64,000 bases of DNA from NCBI GenBank assembly GCA_963848965.1, contig CAWKFG010000004.1, positions 1 to 64,000 of the forward strand. Direction: 5' to 3'. The notes beneath the pieces were generated by a model. It was not told where the DNA came from. It saw nothing but the letters and a program-made list of their open reading frames with translations, and did no database searches. Origin of the DNA: an uncultured bacterium. GTDB taxonomy: Bacteria; Babelota; Babeliae; Babelales; Babelaceae. This document shows positions 59,355 through 64,000 of this stretch, one piece after another. The translations under genes and the position numbers were made by a program. Numbering within the stretch: the first letter of the stretch is position 1; the number at the start of each line of letters is the position of its first letter.

Positions 59355-61862
59355 TTAATGTTCTACGTCAGATTCGTCAAGCTGCACAGGTGGTGACTGT
59401 ACCGGTTTCTGTTCGGATTCTTCACCAGAACTTGGTATTGCAGCAATACCTGCAAGCGTACGATCTCCATCAAGGCGAATTAAGCGTACTCCTTTAGCCT
59501 GACGGCCCATTGTACGCACCTCTTTAGGAGACAATCGTATTATTTTACCATGAACATCTATAAGCAATATGTGAGTGTTATCATCTACAATAACAAGCCC
59601 AATTACTGTTCCATTGCGCTTATCAGTAGGTATAGTTCGCACTCCATAGCCACCCCGATGAGCAACTCTAAAGTCAGTTACTTTAACTCGTTTTCCATAA
59701 CCACCTTCTGTAGCAAATAAAAGATCTTTTTCTTCAGAAACAACCTCCATACCTACTACATAGTCGTTGTCGTATAAACGAATACCTATAACACCTGCTG
59801 CCATACGGCCCATAGATCGAACTTCTGTTTCTTTAAATCTAATTCCTTGACCTAATGCTGTAGCAATAACAATTGAATCTTTACCTGAGCTTAATGAACA
59901 GAAGACCAATTGATCATCATCATTAAGCGTTAAAGCACGGATGCCGGTACTGCGAATATTATCAAATGCTGTAGCTTCTGTACGCTTAATAGTCCCCTTT
60001 TTGGTAAGCATCACAAGATATTTACCAGCAAGGTCTTTTGCACAAAGCAATTTAACAACATGTTCTTCAGGAGCTAATGACAGAATATTGACAACCGCAC
60101 GTCCTTTAGAAGTACGCGATCCTTCAGGCACCTGGAACACTTGTAAGCTATATACTCGCCCTAAATTAGTAAAGAATAACAGTTCATCATGATTACGTGT
60201 AGCAAAGATATCCTGTAATACATCATCAGAATCATCAAGAGCTGCCATACCCATTTTTCCTTTACCACCACGATGCTGTACATTATAGGTACTTAATGCC
60301 ACTCGCTTGATATATCCTTTACGAGTAAGAGTAACTACTACTTCTTCATTTGGTATTAAATCTGCTTCACTGAGTAAATCGATAGCGCCTTCAATACGGC
60401 TACGACGTTCATCAGCATAGTCTTCTTTAATTTCTTTTAACTCTTTAACAATCTCTTTGCGCAATAGCTCTCTATCTTGTAAAAGTGCTTGAAGATATGC
60501 AATTGTTTTTTTAATTTCCTCTAGCTCTTCATGGATTTTCTCTTGTTCAAGACCAGTAAGACGCTGTAATCTCATCTCTAAGATTGCTTTACCTTGCTCA
60601 GGAGAAAATGAGAATCTATTATGTAATTTATTTATTGCCTCTTCAGCTGATTGAGAGTTTTTAATGAGCGCTACTACTTCATCAATATTTTTAAGAGCTA
60701 TACCAAAACCAAGCAAAATATGTTGTCGCGCTTGTGCTTTTTGTAATTCATATTCACTACGCTTAGAAATAACTATCTCTCTATGAAGCAAGAATTCGCG
60801 TAATAGTTGTCGCAACGTAAATACAATAGGCTTATTATCAAGCAATGCAAGCATAAGTATAGGAATACTTGTTTGCAATACTGTATGTTTATAGAGCTGA
60901 TTAAGAGTAACTTGTGGAGTTTCGCCACGCTTTAGTTCAATAACAACGCGAATACCACCTTTATCAGATTCATCACGAATATTAGAGATACCTTCAATAA
61001 CCTTGTTTTTAACTAAATCAGCTATTTTAACGATAAGCTCCGCTTTATTTACCTGGTATGGTAACTCAGTAATAACAAGAGCAGTACCCTTTTTAGTCTC
61101 TTCGATATCTACCACACCACGAACAATCACATTACCACGACCGGTAGTATATGCTCTAACTACCCCAGCACGACCACAAATAATACCACCCGTAGGAAAA
61201 TCTGGTGCCGGAACAAGTGAAAATAGCTTTTCATCGGAGATAGTTTCATCTGCAAGAAGCGCCAAGCATGCATCAACGACTTCGCCTAAGTTATGAGGAG
61301 GAACAGCTGTTGCCATACCTACTGCAATACCAGCAGTACCATTAATAAGAAGATTTGGTAATCTGCTTGGCAAAATAACCGGCTCAACAGTTGACTCGTC
61401 AAAGTTCGGCACAAAATCTACCGTCTCTTTGTCTAAATCTGCAAGCAATTCTTGAGAGATGCGTTCCATGCGTATTTCAGTATAACGCATAGCAGCTGCA
61501 TTATCGCCATCAATTGAACCCCAGTTTCCTTGCCCATCAAGGAGCGGATATCGCTTAGAAAATTCTTGTACCATGCCAACCATGGTATTATATACTGCCT
61601 GATCTCCGTGCGGATGGTATTTTCCTAGTACTTCCCCGACCACACGAACTGATTTGTGGTAGGGCTTATTGTAGTGAAACCCAAGTTGATGCATCGTATA
61701 AAGAACTCGGCGGTGTACTGGCTTTAAGCCGTCCCGTACATCAGGAATAGCTCGGCTTACCACCACCGACATCGCGTAATCAAGAAAGGAAGTTTTTAAT
61801 TCTTCTTCAATCAGAATCGGCTTGATACGAGATTGTGCATCTTTTTCATGCGTTGAATCCAT
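59355..61862 (-). CDS. gyrA: DNA gyrase subunit A
   Basis: RAIPDVRDGLKPVHRR, YHPHGD, AAAMRYTE, GyrA box QHRGGKG. Confidence 0.98.
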   Translation of the reverse strand: MDSTHEKDAQSRIKPILIEEELKTSFLDYAMSVVVSRAIPDVRDGLKPVHRRVLYTMHQLGFHYNKPYHKSVRVVGEVLGKYHPHGDQAVYNTMVGMVQEFSKRYPLLDGQGNWGSIDGDNAAAMRYTEIRMERISQELLADLDKETVDFVPNFDESTVEPVILPSRLPNLLINGTAGIAVGMATAVPPHNLGEVVDACLALLADETISDEKLFSLVPAPDFPTGGIICGRAGVVRAYTTGRGNVIVRGVVDIEETKKGTALVITELPYQVNKAELIVKIADLVKNKVIEGISNIRDESDKGGIRVVIELKRGETPQVTLNQLYKHTVLQTSIPILMLALLDNKPIVFTLRQLLREFLLHREIVISKRSEYELQKAQARQHILLGFGIALKNIDEVVALIKNSQSAEEAINKLHNRFSFSPEQGKAILEMRLQRLTGLEQEKIHEELEEIKKTIAYLQALLQDRELLRKEIVKELKEIKEDYADERRSRIEGAIDLLSEADLIPNEEVVVTLTRKGYIKRVALSTYNVQHRGGKGKMGMAALDDSDDVLQDIFATRNHDELLFFTNLGRVYSLQVFQVPEGSRTSKGRAVVNILSLAPEEHVVKLLCAKDLAGKYLVMLTKKGTIKRTEATAFDNIRSTGIRALTLNDDDQLVFCSLSSGKDSIVIATALGQGIRFKETEVRSMGRMAAGVIGIRLYDNDYVVGMEVVSEEKDLLFATEGGYGKRVKVTDFRVAHRGGYGVRTIPTDKRNGTVIGLVIVDDNTHILLIDVHGKIIRLSPKEVRTMGRQAKGVRLIRLDGDRTLAGIAAIPSSGEESEQKPVQSPPVQLDESDVEH

Positions 61863-62093
61863 AATTAAACCTCTTGTTAAGCCCCTTAAAGAAAGCCCTC
61901 TAAGTGCTTTGAGTTAGTGAATTTCCGTATCTATACGCTTATTATTATACCACAAAGAGAAGATTTTGCCAACTTTAAAACTATTAAAATGGAATTTTAT
62001 TAGCAGTATAAATTTATTTTTCTATTCTAATGAAAAATATCAAGTAGCTGTGACAAAGCACAATGCTTCTACCTTGGCTTAAAGCTTTTCTAA

Positions 62094-63929
62094 TCACCTC
62101 AAAGGAGCTTCTTGTTCCTTACAAATAGGCTGTTTCTCAACTTTTTGAGACGTATGATCGTCTTCACCTTGCTGCCTTTGCCAAAGCTGAGCATATACTC
62201 CCTTAGAGCGCAAAAGCTGATTATGGGTTCCTCGTTCCACTATAGTACCTTGATCGAGCACAAGTATTTCATGAGCATGAACTACAGTAGAAAGCCTATG
62301 AGCAATAACAATAGTTGTTCTATGGGTAGAAATTTCTTCAAGATTCTGTTGAATTTCTCGCTCTGTATGAGTATCTAATGATGAAGTTGCTTCATCAAAT
62401 ATATACAAGGCAGGCATCTTAAGTAAAAGACGAGCAATACCAACACGCTGCTTTTCGCCCCCTGAAAGTTTAAGGCCACGTTCACCTACAACAGTACTAT
62501 ATCCTTGTGGTAAAGAGGTAATGAAAGTATCTAAATGAGCCAATTGTGCAGCTTTTTGCACTTCACTTTCTAGTGCTGTAGGATTGCCATAAGCAATATT
62601 GTGATACAGTGTATTATTAAAAAGAACAGTATCTTGAGGTACAACCCCTATAGTTTGATGCAAAGATTTTTGGGTAACAGAGCGAATATCAACTCCATTA
62701 AGCACAATAGAGCCAGAGTCAACATCGTAAAAGCGAAAGAGAAGCCGCGCTATCGTTGACTTTCCTGATCCACTCGGGCCCACAATGGCAACAGTTTCAC
62801 CTGCAGGTACGGCAAAAGACACTCCCTTTAAAATACCACGCTCTGGAGTATAGCTAAAATATACATTATCAAACACAACCTCTGCTTTATCTATCTTTAA
62901 AGAAGAGGCATGAGATACATCTTTTATCTCTGGCTCAAGGTGCATAACCTCTAAAGCTGAACGCATATCCTGAATACCTCTACGTACTTGATGCATAATG
63001 TAACTAAAATGATTAAGTGGCATAGCAAATTGCAAAAAGTATCCATTAATAAGCACAAAGTCCCCAACATTCATAGTACCATTATATACTGCTCTACCTG
63101 CCATCCAGGTAAGAGCAGTGAGTCCTAATCCAATTACTACTCCTTGGCCCATTTGCACAGTACTATCAGTTAAAAATCTTTTTGTTCCTGCATCTTCTTG
63201 TTCTTTTAAAAGCTCATTTATTTGAGTATGTTCATACTGCTCATTATTAAAATATTTTATCGTTTCAATGTTGAGCAAGCTGTCAACAATACGAGCACTT
63301 GATTGTATACGCTTTTCATTATGATGTTCCTGCGCTTTTATAGATCGGCTCATTGCCACAAAGCTAAAGAAAAGATACCCTATAGTAATAAAAAGCAAAG
63401 CAATACCATAGCATAAGCCATATAGGTAAGAAAGAAGAACTATTACAAGAGTCATTTCAAGAGCTGTAGGAATCAAAAACAACGTAAGCCCCCAAAAGAT
63501 ATTATCATAGCCATGTTGTGCCCGATCAATAGCATTAGTTAATGCGCCTGTTCTTCGCTCAGTATGAAACCGTTGTGATAATGAAAGTACATGATCAAAA
63601 AATGATAAGCTTAACAAACGCATACCGCGCTCAAGGACACGGTATATAATATGTATACGCAACTGTGTTACTATTTGACCCAAAGTCCAAAAAAGCCCAT
63701 AGCTTGCAAGCACAAGTGACAAAAAAGCAGGAGAAAGTGACTGCGTTTGGGAAAACGTATTAACAATAGTTTTAAAAATAACAGGGATACTCAGATTTAT
63801 AGCTATCATAACACCTGTTAAGAGAAATGATGTTATAATGCGTAATCGTATACGCCATTGAGGTACCCATACGTATGGCAACAGTTGAAAAATAATTTTT
63901 GCTGAGGAATAATTTTTACCAGGTGACAT
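62094..63929 (-). CDS. ATM1-like fused ABC transporter (permease plus ATPase)
   Basis: FH.ERRTG, DSLLNIETIKYFNNE, GPSGSGKSTIARLLFRFYD, LSGGEKQR, DEATSSLD. Confidence 0.93.
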   Translation of the reverse strand: MSPGKNYSSAKIIFQLLPYVWVPQWRIRLRIITSFLLTGVMIAINLSIPVIFKTIVNTFSQTQSLSPAFLSLVLASYGLFWTLGQIVTQLRIHIIYRVLERGMRLLSLSFFDHVLSLSQRFHTERRTGALTNAIDRAQHGYDNIFWGLTLFLIPTALEMTLVIVLLSYLYGLCYGIALLFITIGYLFFSFVAMSRSIKAQEHHNEKRIQSSARIVDSLLNIETIKYFNNEQYEHTQINELLKEQEDAGTKRFLTDSTVQMGQGVVIGLGLTALTWMAGRAVYNGTMNVGDFVLINGYFLQFAMPLNHFSYIMHQVRRGIQDMRSALEVMHLEPEIKDVSHASSLKIDKAEVVFDNVYFSYTPERGILKGVSFAVPAGETVAIVGPSGSGKSTIARLLFRFYDVDSGSIVLNGVDIRSVTQKSLHQTIGVVPQDTVLFNNTLYHNIAYGNPTALESEVQKAAQLAHLDTFITSLPQGYSTVVGERGLKLSGGEKQRVGIARLLLKMPALYIFDEATSSLDTHTEREIQQNLEEISTHRTTIVIAHRLSTVVHAHEILVLDQGTIVERGTHNQLLRSKGVYAQLWQRQQGEDDHTSQKVEKQPICKEQEAPLR

Positions 63930-64000
63930 AAGACCACCTCTTTCTTATAATATACCCAGGAGGTATCACTTTTCTTTTGAATATCTAACTTTACCTATGT

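Overview
The window looks like three unrelated pieces of DNA joined end to end. (1) 1-~14600 is high-GC sequence with many indels, probably uncorrected long reads from an Acidobacteria-like organism (inference). It carries gmd, pdxA, holB, tRNA-Val and tRNA-Asp, then an accessory island: an integron-type cassette with an attC site, repeated IS1-family right-end modules with cargo genes, an orphan Rhs toxin with a SUKH immunity gene, HxlR and SnoaL genes, and an IS1111-group IS110 element cut by the junction. (2) ~14604-18736 is an internal fragment of an actinobacterial type I fatty acid synthase. (3) ~18737-64000 is clean low-GC genome that resembles Candidatus Dependentiae/TM6 (inference). 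It has dnaK with a HAIR operator, hspR-htpX, ychF, ltaE, a vanadium haloperoxidase, maf, tRNA-Gln, spoVG, rsmH, murF, ftsK, uppP, acpP, a FabD lacking its catalytic Ser, gltX, rpmF, dprA, gyrA, an ATM1-like ABC transporter, and many signal-peptide ankyrin/F-box/CaaX effector-like proteins. The most unusual feature is a 383-bp two-fold-symmetric, hairpin-packed non-coding element (43477-43859) inside an array of four Cys-rich outer-membrane-like paralogs. Local strand composition flips in mirror image across it (C/A-rich on the left, G/T-rich on the right), as if it were a site of bidirectional DNA synthesis or single-strand exposure.
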